This document shows positions 39,044 through 48,459 of a DNA stretch of 64,000 bases, in pieces (positions within the stretch are counted from its first letter, which is position 1; the number at the start of each line of letters is the position of its first letter). The notes beneath the pieces are model-generated. The model was not told where the DNA came from, searched no databases, and was given only the letters and a program-made list of their open reading frames with translations. The DNA lies in contig JAHLWR010000004.1 of assembly GCA_019057815.1 (NCBI GenBank), forward strand, positions 1 to 64,000, in the 5' to 3' direction. Source of the DNA: Candidatus Heimdallarchaeota archaeon. Its GTDB lineage: Archaea > Asgardarchaeota > Heimdallarchaeia > Heimdallarchaeales > Heimdallarchaeaceae. The translations under genes were made by a program, and so were the position numbers.

Positions 39044-39724
39044 ATGTTTGAATATGAGGAAATTAAAATACACTGGCTTGGTCATGACGCTTTTTGGATA
39101 GAAGCAAAAGGAAAGAACATCTATATTGATCCATTCAAACTAGCTAAAAGCAATCTTCCCAAAGCTGACATTGTGGTTACAAGTCATGAACATTTTGACC
39201 ATCTTAACCCTGAAGCTATAAACTCTATAAGTGATGAGAATACAACCCTAATTGGTCCAAAAATCTGCCAAGAACAATTAAATGCTGAAATCGACAGAAA
39301 GAAAGAAGTTAAGGAGCTAAATCCTGGAGAATCAATCGCTTTTGAGTGGATAAGAATCTCAGCTATAGCTGCTTACAATACTCATAGATTTAGGGATCCT
39401 GAAACAAAGACACCGTTTCATCCTAAAGAATCTGGACACATAGGAACAATATTTGATATAGATGGAATTGTAATTTATCACTGTGGTGACACTGATAAGA
39501 TACCTGAAATGGAAAATCTTAAACCTACTATTGCGCTAATTCCTGTTTCTGGAACCTACGTGATGGACGTAGAAGAAGCTGTAGAAGCTGCTAAGGTAAT
39601 CAAAGCTGAGGTTTCAATTCCTATGCATGTCGGACGAGGAATTGGTGAGTTAGAATACATAAATGAGTTTAGAGATAAATTACCTAGTTTCCAGGTTGAA
39701 ACTCTAGAAATTGAAGAAGACTAG
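39044..39724 (+). CDS. MBL-fold metallo-hydrolase
   Basis: WLGHD, IDPF, SHEHFDH, YHCGDT, IPMH. Confidence 0.9.
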   Translation: MFEYEEIKIHWLGHDAFWIEAKGKNIYIDPFKLAKSNLPKADIVVTSHEHFDHLNPEAINSISDENTTLIGPKICQEQLNAEIDRKKEVKELNPGESIAFEWIRISAIAAYNTHRFRDPETKTPFHPKESGHIGTIFDIDGIVIYHCGDTDKIPEMENLKPTIALIPVSGTYVMDVEEAVEAAKVIKAEVSIPMHVGRGIGELEYINEFRDKLPSFQVETLEIEED

Positions 39725-40699
39725 TTCTAATCTTTATCTTGTTTTTCTTTTTCTTCTTTTTTTTCATCATAATTCCAAGGACAGATCAATATCACTTTAT
39801 TTTCAACAATAAAAGTTGCTAGCTCACTATTAGGATAACATCCTACATCGTCATAGAAAGCTAATACAGCTCCATCTTCTGGAGCTTTTATGATCTCTTT
39901 AGTTTCTCCAAAAATATTTCGTATTTCTATAATAGGTTCTCCTTTCTCAACTAATTTGCCTTCTTTTACAAGTGGGATAAACAATCCTGATGTTGTGGAA
40001 TGAATAGGTATTTCTTGCCATAATTTTTCGTCCAAATCTGGCATCAAAGGCTCCCTCTTAGGCTCAGTCTCTAATATTTTTGCCCATCCTAAAACATTTA
40101 GAATCCCCTTTTTAGCGATTTTAATGAGATCTCTTTTAACAATTCCAGATCCTCCGAGCTCAACTGTAAAAGCAGGTTTTCTGAAACCATTAACAAAACT
40201 ACCTGTTGTTGACCTATGGAGATTTTGTCTGAAGTAATGTCTTGGGGGATCTTCAACAACTACAGGCAAATTAAAAAGCTTAACCATCACCAAATTGTAA
40301 TCAAATAATTGCTTGGCGCTTTCAATCTGGCTTTTATCATCATCTTCTTCATAATAAACACGATCAATATATGAGAAAGGAACAGATTGAATAGAATGAC
40401 AGTGTAAATCGATATAATAGTCAACTTCTTTGAAAATCTCTGAAATGGTGGAATAAACCTGCTCTTGAATCTCTGAAAAATTTTTGGGGTCTAGTAATTT
40501 ATCATACGGATCTTCATAATTTATTATAGGTTCTTTCTTTGGTTTCGGATCTAACCATAGCCGATTTGGGTCTGAATCAGTATAAAACGGTGATCTTTTT
40601 AGTGTTAATAATCCCGCTGGATTTAAGGTGGGTAAAACAACAACACAACCTTTCATTTTTAGAGGGTCTAGTTCCTGAATTACTTCTTGTAGAGCAACT

Positions 40700-40900
40700 A
40701 AACCATGTAATTCGCTTCCATCGACTTGATTTTTGTACAATTTTCGTATACAATCATCTTGCACTCAGGTCAATCAACAGGGACTGATCCGCTCATTGTG
40801 CCGTTAGAGACGGTCGAGGGCACCTCAGCCACAGAAACTGGATAACACGAGGTTAGCCGCTCACGTGGAACAGGTAGATAGGATGACCAGGAACTGAACA
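40700..40900 (-). ncRNA. Predicted omegaRNA of TnpB element 2 (5' boundary approximate)
   Basis: GC-rich 3' overlap GAGGTGCCCTCGACCGTCTC; TCGAC (40813-40817) complements terminal GTCGA; predicted guide GGAAGCGAATTACATGGTTT. Confidence 0.6.
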
Positions 40901-42142
40901 ACTTCAACCCTTGTTTATATTTACCTAAGAGGGAGATATTACGCGAAGCGTTGCGGTCAGCGTGGACTTCAAATCCACAGAAATGACATCTGTAGAAGTC
41001 TCGAGTAGTACGTGATTGTTTACTCCTCTTACCGCAACGCGAACAAGTTTGACTGGTAAAATGGGGATAAATAGGAATAATTGATATACTGTGGAGTTGA
41101 GCAAGATGGATAAGTTTGTACAACAACACTCTGTACGGCCACTTGTTCAACTGTCTGCGAGCCTTTTTAGCTCCCTTCTTATCTTTTGTTGCTTGTTTGG
41201 TCCATTTTTTACGAAGATGGGTGACATCTTCAACTACGATAGCAGAACGAGTGAGAACTGCTAAATCAACTATTTCATGTGCGATCTGCGCACAACGGGT
41301 TTGAACATACTTCTTTTCACGATACTTTAACCTTTTGAGTGCACGCCGTGCACTGACACTTCCTTGACTAGCATGTTTTTGTAACATTGCTCGTCGTTTA
41401 AGGAACTGGTGCTGTTTCCACGCCAGATCCTTCCCAAGATATTGTTCCACCAGAGGAAAACAAGGATGGTTGAGAGTGTAAGCTGCTGCTACTTTAACTC
41501 CTATGTCCACTCCGATGGTTCCTTCCACCTCTTGGACGGGGGGAAGCGGTCGACGAATAACCAGATGCGCTACCCACTGACGATTATTCTTGAACACAAT
41601 ACAACTGTGAGCCTCCCATCCTCCTTTAACGTGGTCTCGGAGACGATACCACCCTCCGTTCATCTTAACAGGGAAAGCTATACGTTTTTTTAAAGGTGAA
41701 AGCGAGAGTATGGGGTGCCCTTGAGCGGTAAATTTGAGGTTTCCACTTCGAGGAAAATTGAACTCTAGGGGGAAGTTGCGGAAGAGTATAGCTTTTTTAG
41801 CTGCGTACACTCTCCGTTGTACCGCTTCCTGAACTTGACTCTGAATGCCAAGATGTTTGTGTTTACGATAAACTATGTGGTGGAATTTGGTTAAAGAGCT
41901 AGCTTGGTTGGTGAATGGTAGGAGTTGATTAGCAAAAGATACAATCTTTACCTGTGCTGTATTCAAGTATCTCTTTTTTTCTTTTCCAGGGGTTAAAACT
42001 AACGGGATAGTCTTCTCGATCATTTTTCTCGAAATGCTTTTTCTCCCCTTAGTTTGCATCATCTTTCTATCTTTATTTTCCTATAAAAACCCGTAGTATT
42101 ACATAATTATACTACTTATAAAATTGTACAAAAAAGTCTCTC
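40720..42142 (-). mobile_element. TnpB-only element 2
   Basis: Removing it restores ATT CAT GGA AGC; AT(G) at both junctions; 15-bp perfect IR TTTTTGTACAATTTT at 40730-40744 and 42120-42134. Confidence 0.92.
40770..42062 (-). CDS. tnpB: TnpB/Cas12f-like RNA-guided nuclease
   Basis: GVDIG, VVED, TSQTCSRC, CHFCG, HADRNASRNI; all three RuvC carboxylates present. Confidence 0.93.
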   Translation of the reverse strand: MMQTKGRKSISRKMIEKTIPLVLTPGKEKKRYLNTAQVKIVSFANQLLPFTNQASSLTKFHHIVYRKHKHLGIQSQVQEAVQRRVYAAKKAILFRNFPLEFNFPRSGNLKFTAQGHPILSLSPLKKRIAFPVKMNGGWYRLRDHVKGGWEAHSCIVFKNNRQWVAHLVIRRPLPPVQEVEGTIGVDIGVKVAAAYTLNHPCFPLVEQYLGKDLAWKQHQFLKRRAMLQKHASQGSVSARRALKRLKYREKKYVQTRCAQIAHEIVDLAVLTRSAIVVEDVTHLRKKWTKQATKDKKGAKKARRQLNKWPYRVLLYKLIHLAQLHSISIIPIYPHFTSQTCSRCGKRSKQSRTTRDFYRCHFCGFEVHADRNASRNISLLGKYKQGLKLFSSWSSYLPVPRERLTSCYPVSVAEVPSTVSNGTMSGSVPVD

Positions 42143-42369
42143 ATGAATATTAGCTGAAAGCAAGAACAATGGTCCGTCTTCTTTACCTCTTATTATTGCA
42201 ACAGGTAATTTTTCTATGTTGCCATGAGGATATTCGAATATATCTACATATGCGAACTTCTTCTCACCTGGGTGACTCTGGATTCCAAAAATTTCCATAA
42301 CTTAGGAGGATGCACTTATATTTTAAGTATTATTGCTCGAGGTTTGTTTTTCAATAACATTAGTGATTA

Positions 42370-43479
42370 TTAGGGATTCTTAAATGCTTGTTCTAACTCT
42401 TCTGTTGTAGCTCGAGGAATTTTAGCCATCGCAATGTTTTCAGTTATATGAGCTGGGTTTTTCATACCTACTAATGTTGAAACGATATTTTCATGAGCTG
42501 ATCTAGCATAGTGAATAGAAGATTGAGCTTGACTATAATCAGGAGAAAACTGAGGATAGTATTCATCTTGTAGTAATTTGCCTTGTAACATCGGTGCAGA
42601 ACCAAAAAGTCTGATTCCGAATTTTTTTGCGGATTCAGCTAAAGTATATTTTTCATTGCTTATACTTTGATTTCGAAGGCTTACAGCTTGATGATAGAGG
42701 TAGTTTATTGGAGTTTGAACAAATTTGAATCCATGATCCTCCCCACCAATCTCTTTTGCAATATTTACTACTCTTTCAAGAGATAAATAATTAGGTTGAT
42801 TAGGAAGAACACGTAAAGAATCCCAAGTAGCAAGACCATACCATCTGATTTTCTTTATATCTCTCATCTTCTCATAAAAAAGGAAGACTTCTCTTAGTTT
42901 ATCATTAAATTCTATCTGATTTATGTATTCAAGCTGTGATTCAGCAGGGTTATGCAAATAGATCAAATCAACAGCTTCAAGTTGTAGATTTGATAACGAT
43001 TCATATAATTGAAATTCAAGAAAAGAAGGGGCCATACAATGGATTCCACCAGCTACGTCTTCTTTTCGACAGATATTGGAGTGAATAATTTCTTCATATA
43101 AGTATTCTGGAATGTTATTATAGTATTTTTCTTGATTAGGAGCTATATATCCATTTTTCGTAGAAATGAAAATTTGTTCTCTTGAAAATTCTCCAGAATT
43201 AAATAGGGATGCTAAAGCTTTACCAATAGATTGTTCAGCTCTCTGAAAACGGTAATTTATCGCTGTATCTATTACATTAACTGCTCCTGATCTCAAACAC
43301 TTGGTAACAGCATCTACGACTTGTTGATCAACTTCAGGAGTAGGGTTACCTAAGTAAGTTCCTAAACCTATAGATGACAAAAAAAGTTTTTCTACTTCGT
43401 TAAAGTGCTGAGGATGAATGTAAGATTGAGAAATAGCTTTTTCCATGTACTCCTTTGTTCCTTCCTTGGATGCAAACAT
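42370..43479 (-). CDS. Aldo/keto reductase
   Basis: SSIGLGTYLG, IDTAINYR, ISTKNG, DLIYLHNP, LVGM; ATG at 43479. Confidence 0.9.
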   Translation of the reverse strand: MFASKEGTKEYMEKAISQSYIHPQHFNEVEKLFLSSIGLGTYLGNPTPEVDQQVVDAVTKCLRSGAVNVIDTAINYRFQRAEQSIGKALASLFNSGEFSREQIFISTKNGYIAPNQEKYYNNIPEYLYEEIIHSNICRKEDVAGGIHCMAPSFLEFQLYESLSNLQLEAVDLIYLHNPAESQLEYINQIEFNDKLREVFLFYEKMRDIKKIRWYGLATWDSLRVLPNQPNYLSLERVVNIAKEIGGEDHGFKFVQTPINYLYHQAVSLRNQSISNEKYTLAESAKKFGIRLFGSAPMLQGKLLQDEYYPQFSPDYSQAQSSIHYARSAHENIVSTLVGMKNPAHITENIAMAKIPRATTEELEQAFKNP

Positions 43480-43653
43480 ATTTAGCAATAATTTTTTAAC
43501 AAATATAAATTGTTGGTTTCCAGAAAAGTTTAGAGTATTCGAACCTTTTGAGAAATTAATCTTTCGCGAAAATAGGAGGAAATCTTTATACCCATAGACT
43601 CTTCTCTCCACGTTTTAAAGGAGAGTTTATATATAACTCGAAAAATCCATAAA

Positions 43654-45141
43654 TTGATTATTATGAAAGATATACAAGATGTTACAGCTATTGAAGCTAA
43701 AAAAACTAGTTTCCGAAACGTTTTCTTATGGTCAAGTTATGATGCAGCAGATACACTTTTCAGTCAAGCTGTAATTAGCTTAATCTTTCAACCATTCGTA
43801 CTTTTAATGGCGTTTTACAATGGAGTTGGATCGTATAGTCAAGCTTTTCTTTATATGTCGCTATTTATGGCACTATCTAATTTATTAGTTGCTCTTCTAG
43901 GTCCTTTTATTGGTGCTTTAAGTGATACTATTGGAAAAAGGAAACCTTTAGTTTTAATTGTTGCATCAATTATGATGCTAGCAACTCTGGGAATGTTGCT
44001 TTGGAAGAATTGGGTGTGGTTATGTATCATGTTTGTTATCGCTAATTTCTGTTACCAGGCAGGAAGAATGTTTTTTGACAGTATGATACCCTTTTTATCT
44101 GAAACAAAAAAACGAGGTTTTGTTTCCTCTATCTCTGGTTCTTTAAGCTTTATAGGTACTATGGCAGCAATTGGGATAGGAATGGCAGTATATGGTAAAA
44201 CTAACGAGCCTGATGTACCAGCAAGAATTTACGAGCAAGCTTTAGAAAATGCTAGTAATTTACAGCCAGGAAGTTCTCCTAATTTTGGTAATTTGTGGTT
44301 ATTCATTATCCTTTCCGTTGTTGCTATCGCATTGTTGACGTTACCCTTTATTTTCAGCAAAGAAAAAACTCAACCTAATGAAAATGGAATAAAAAAGAAC
44401 TTAAAAATTGCTCGAACTAATTTCAGACAAACTTTAAGAGAGTTATTCAAATATAAAAATGCTCTAATTTTCATTATAGCTTGGTTCTTTGTAACGGATG
44501 CGGCTAATACAGCTATTCTTTACATGAACGCAGTGTTAACTGATGGTGGTGGTGGGTCTCCTACAGATGCTTTAATCATTATTGCTGTAGGTGGTGTTCT
44601 TGCTATGGTAGGTGCCATTGGACATGGAATTTTGATGGATAGGATTGGTCCAAAAAAGAATTTTATGATAAATATAACCGCTTGGGGAATAGCAATTATC
44701 TTAGCTATTGTTGCAACGTCTTTAAATGGTTATCATTTAGCTAACGGTATTCATCTGAATGAAGCTGGTACAGCAAGTGCTTGGGCATATAAGATAATGT
44801 TTGCTATGGTAATTCCTGTTGGTATTGGTTTTGGAGGTATCTGGATAATCGGTCGCCAATTTATCTATCAAATAGCTCCCCCCTCCAAAGTTACACAATA
44901 CATGGGTTTCAAACAAATTTCTGGACGTGTTAGTGCAATCGTAAGTCCATTAATCTTCTCTGGGTTCATAGCAATGTCAGAAAGTTTAGGTCTTTCAATT
45001 CCTTACAGTTTTACAGTAGCTTTAATACCTCTAGTTGTATTCTTTTTAATAGGTTTCATCATAATTACAAGGTATAAATCTGTGCATGAAGAGTATTTAG
45101 ATGGAGAAAGGGCACCATATAAGAAGTTACAAAAGAAATAA
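43654..45141 (+). CDS. MFS transporter (UMF1/Atg22-like)
   Basis: WSSYDAAD, GALSDTIGKRKP, DRIGPKK; about 12 TM segments. Confidence 0.85.
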   Translation: MIIMKDIQDVTAIEAKKTSFRNVFLWSSYDAADTLFSQAVISLIFQPFVLLMAFYNGVGSYSQAFLYMSLFMALSNLLVALLGPFIGALSDTIGKRKPLVLIVASIMMLATLGMLLWKNWVWLCIMFVIANFCYQAGRMFFDSMIPFLSETKKRGFVSSISGSLSFIGTMAAIGIGMAVYGKTNEPDVPARIYEQALENASNLQPGSSPNFGNLWLFIILSVVAIALLTLPFIFSKEKTQPNENGIKKNLKIARTNFRQTLRELFKYKNALIFIIAWFFVTDAANTAILYMNAVLTDGGGGSPTDALIIIAVGGVLAMVGAIGHGILMDRIGPKKNFMINITAWGIAIILAIVATSLNGYHLANGIHLNEAGTASAWAYKIMFAMVIPVGIGFGGIWIIGRQFIYQIAPPSKVTQYMGFKQISGRVSAIVSPLIFSGFIAMSESLGLSIPYSFTVALIPLVVFFLIGFIIITRYKSVHEEYLDGERAPYKKLQKK

Positions 45142-45286
45142 ACACTAAAATTCCTTTCTTTTCCCTTTTTTTTCTTTTAAAAAATTTCTTGATATGTTGA
45201 TTAAGAGTAAAAAGCTATTCAGCTGTAACCAAATTTTTTTAATGACATAATCTTTTAAGAATAATAGAAACTTCTTGTGATTGCTA

Positions 45287-46207
45287 ATGGGAAATTCTGG
45301 ATTGAACCTTGAAGATGTATTGATGAAAAGGCTTAAGCTTAATCTTGATGACGATGATGACATAGCTTCAGTCTTAAAAGAAGGGGAATATTCCGAATCT
45401 TTTGTTAAAGAACTACAGCAAAGAAATCTTGTTCTTCTCGAAGCACTAAGAAAAGTGAAAATGCTTGTCGAGAGATTGATGTTACAAAATAAAGAACTCA
45501 AAAAACGTGTGATAATTCTTGAAAAAGAGTACAAGGATCAGCAAAAAAAAGGCGTGAAAATGGTTTCTGCTGCTCGATATAGAGAGATGAAAACAAATGC
45601 TGACGAGCTAGCGCGAAGCTTACCGAAATTACTGAAACTAATTAAGTTGCTCAATTCAGAGAATAAGTTGTTAAAAGATAAAAGTTTAGCTATCGAAAAT
45701 GAATTTTCAGATATGATGGATGAGAGAGATGACCTTAAAACGCGTTTAGTTGGTTTGAATGAGAAAAACCAACTAGAAGTTGTAGCAGAATTAACAGAAC
45801 TCTTTCCAACTGTGGACATAGCGGCGATAACAGCTAAAACTATAACAGAAGCTGCAGTTGTAAATAATGATTTAGTTAATGGTACATCTCCAGAAATCAA
45901 ATCAATAGCTCAAGCTGCAAGTGATTCAGCACCAACAATTGAGAAACAAGCTAAAAGCGATTTGTCGCATGTAAGTAGTCTCAGTAATGAACAAATATCA
46001 AAGCTAATTGATCTGGTAGTGAAAATTAATGATAAAATTGAGAATCTTAGCGGAACAATGGTTATCGCCGCTCCCGGAAGAAAAAAAGGTAAAATACAAC
46101 TTGATTTAGCTGATGCTATAAGCGAAGGAAAAATGGGAGAAGGAGATGAGCGTCCTGATAGACCAGATCTGGAAGATATTCTGGATGATATACTAATTTC
46201 GGGTTAG
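45287..46207 (+). CDS. Coiled-coil protein with acidic C-terminal motif
   Basis: Long heptad-rich helices; ends RPDRPDLEDILDDILISG. Confidence 0.7.
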   Translation: MGNSGLNLEDVLMKRLKLNLDDDDDIASVLKEGEYSESFVKELQQRNLVLLEALRKVKMLVERLMLQNKELKKRVIILEKEYKDQQKKGVKMVSAARYREMKTNADELARSLPKLLKLIKLLNSENKLLKDKSLAIENEFSDMMDERDDLKTRLVGLNEKNQLEVVAELTELFPTVDIAAITAKTITEAAVVNNDLVNGTSPEIKSIAQAASDSAPTIEKQAKSDLSHVSSLSNEQISKLIDLVVKINDKIENLSGTMVIAAPGRKKGKIQLDLADAISEGKMGEGDERPDRPDLEDILDDILISG

Positions 46208-46494
46208 TTAGTTACACACTTATGTTGGATAAGAAACAACAAATATAAGGAAATTTTCCGAAATAATTGCACAGTTTCAAATAGTATAGAAACTAGTATT
46301 CCTATAACTGTTAATATTTAATTAATGAGAGTCTCAGATCCTTTTTTATCGCATAACTTGAACTTAAAGTAGTGCATGATCATCATTAACCCTCATGATA
46401 GTAATATTTTTGAGGTAATATGACTTTTGGTTTCAACAAGATTATTTAGAAATAGAACTACTTAGAAAATTTTTCTCGCTCCACAAAAAAGATT

Positions 46495-46539
46495 AAATAT
46501 AATGGTAATTTACAAATATAACGGTAATACAAATATAAT
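46495..46539 (+). promoter_or_regulatory. Direct repeats upstream of the zinc-finger gene
   Basis: AAATATAATGGTAAT (46495), AAATATAACGGTAAT (46514), AAATATAAT (46531). Confidence 0.5.
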
Positions 46540-46553
46540 ACAGGTGATTTGAG

Positions 46554-47543
46554 TTGACACCAAAAACTAGTGGAACCAGGACTTCAAACGTTTATACCAT
46601 TAATTTGCCTTCACAGTTTAAAAAATCTGTTCTGGAAAAAGCTCAACTTTTTGGTGGTGCTGGACATTTGATCACATTGTCATTAGATGATTTAGCTCTG
46701 AGAGTAAGGAAAGCTAGAAACAGATTAAATTTAGTCGAAGAATTGAATGATTATATTAAACTTGAAATTTTATTAATGAGACGTTATGAATTGGAGAGAA
46801 AAGACGGAGAGAACATTAAATTATCTTTTAGATTAAGGGATATTATTAGTAAAAATAGTTTGAACATAATAAAGAAGAAAACTGGTTGGCAGACTTCAAA
46901 AACTGTTAGAATCGCCTTATTGTGGTATTTGTATGCGAATTTTGATGAATTTGTAGCTTCTGAAAGTTTCGTAAATTTGTTGAGATGTGATCACTGTGGT
47001 TTTGTAACTCATGATCAGAGAGCTTTAGCAGTTCATATCAAAACACTACATGAGGTTGTTTGTCCATATTGTGGTGCTCACTATATGAGTACATCGTATC
47101 ATAGTTGTCCTCAACAAGAACTAACAAAAGTAAGAATTGAGCCAAGTCAACCAATTCCTGATTCTTTAAGTGATTCTCCAAGTTTAGTTGATGCTCTATC
47201 TGCTATTGACTCTGACGAAACAAAACTATTAAAAGAACTAGGAATTAAGGATATTAAACCCATGAAGGACGAAGCTGATGTTCTTGCAGATATCTCAGAT
47301 TTAATTCCTGATCCAAGTTTATTTGATGATTCAGATGCCCAATTGGAAAAAATACAGGAAGAGATATCTAAAGTTGGGGGAACCTTAGTAGATTTGCCAA
47401 GAGGTTCAGAAGCATCAGAAGTTGATGACAAAAAGAAAGATAAAAAACATAAAAAAGAAAAAGACTCCAACCTTGAAAAACTACAATCAGAGATAGGTGA
47501 GATGCTATTATCTTTAAAAGATGATGGTTTATTAGATGAATAA
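46554..47543 (+). CDS. C2H2/C2HC zinc-finger protein, putative DNA-binding
   Basis: CDHCGFVTHDQRALAVHIKTLH, CPYCG...HSC; acidic low-complexity tail; AGGTGA RBS before TTG. Confidence 0.72.
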   Translation: MTPKTSGTRTSNVYTINLPSQFKKSVLEKAQLFGGAGHLITLSLDDLALRVRKARNRLNLVEELNDYIKLEILLMRRYELERKDGENIKLSFRLRDIISKNSLNIIKKKTGWQTSKTVRIALLWYLYANFDEFVASESFVNLLRCDHCGFVTHDQRALAVHIKTLHEVVCPYCGAHYMSTSYHSCPQQELTKVRIEPSQPIPDSLSDSPSLVDALSAIDSDETKLLKELGIKDIKPMKDEADVLADISDLIPDPSLFDDSDAQLEKIQEEISKVGGTLVDLPRGSEASEVDDKKKDKKHKKEKDSNLEKLQSEIGEMLLSLKDDGLLDE

Positions 47544-47592
47544 GGGTTAGAGTTAAAAAGTATGAAAATAATTAATCTAGTAGGTGCTATAA

Positions 47593-48459
47593 ATGGTTAA
47601 CCCGATGAGAATATTACTCTGTGAAGATGATGAGGATATCGCTTTTCTAATCAAGATTAGTCTTCTCAAAGAGTTTCCTGATGCTGAAGTACATATTACC
47701 TGCACAAAAGAAGAAACCCTAAAAATGCTTTTTGACTTGAACTATGATGTTGATGTTATCCTTCTTGATTATTTACTAGTAAATTCTACAGGTCTTGAAG
47801 TGTTAGAAGAAATCAAAAAAATAACTGAAATCCCTGTAATTATTATCACTGGGCAAGGTTCAGAAGAGGTTGCAGTCAAAGCTATGAAACTTGGAGCTTC
47901 TGATTATATAGTCAAAAGAGGTCGTTTTTTCAACCAAATTCCAAAAGTTGTTGAAAAAGTCACAAAATTCAAGCCTCGATATGATTTGGATAAGATATTT
48001 ACAGCTTTTTATAGATTCGGTTATTCAGGAACTGAACCAATATCTGTTAGTAAAATACCAGAAGAATATGAAAGTAAAAGAGAAACTGTAGTTTTGTCTC
48101 TAGGAGTTTTATTGTTTACTCTTTTTGGGATGGGTGAAGTAGAAAAACTGGAAACAGGTTCGATTTCAGGACCAGTAAGAATCCCTAAAATGAATCAATA
48201 TAGTGCTACCAGTTTCCTCTATGTGGTTAAAGATAGAAACCAACAAGATCCCAGACTTAAAGATGAAAAAGGTGGAGGGACAGATTATTGCATTGTTGCT
48301 ATAGGATACCCATCAGAGTACTCAGATTTAGTTTATGGACTTGATAAAATTAAGAATGTATTGAATATATTCTTTGAAGGTATAAATGATGTTTCTGAAA
48401 TAAAGGAAAAATCTCAAAATGTTGAAGAGCAGATTTACAACATTATTAGAAGGTTTTAG
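47593..48459 (+). CDS. Response regulator receiver fused to a longin/uDENN-like domain
   Basis: EDD, LLDY, ITGQG, GASDYIVK; C-domain F...G.EP..GP...SFLYVVKD...DPR...YCIVAI. Confidence 0.75.
   Translation: MVNPMRILLCEDDEDIAFLIKISLLKEFPDAEVHITCTKEETLKMLFDLNYDVDVILLDYLLVNSTGLEVLEEIKKITEIPVIIITGQGSEEVAVKAMKLGASDYIVKRGRFFNQIPKVVEKVTKFKPRYDLDKIFTAFYRFGYSGTEPISVSKIPEEYESKRETVVLSLGVLLFTLFGMGEVEKLETGSISGPVRIPKMNQYSATSFLYVVKDRNQQDPRLKDEKGGGTDYCIVAIGYPSEYSDLVYGLDKIKNVLNIFFEGINDVSEIKEKSQNVEEQIYNIIRRF

Larger units (their letters stand above)
39727..42298 (-). pseudogene. M14 succinylglutamate desuccinylase/aspartoacylase-family gene split by TnpB element 2
   Basis: N-part (42143-42298) ends SANIH; C-part (39727-40719) starts GSELHG; DPNR, IDLH, TVELG; rejoins in frame to 382 aa. 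Confidence 0.9.

Noticed and set aside
40720-40764. Annotated N-terminus MQDDCIRKLYKNQVD of the M14 ORF
   Set aside because: Derived from the element end; the true N-terminus lies at 42143-42298
19621-42142. IStron (self-splicing) explanation for in-gene TnpB insertions
   Set aside because: Left ends are only about 80-110 bp, leaving no room or motifs for a group I intron
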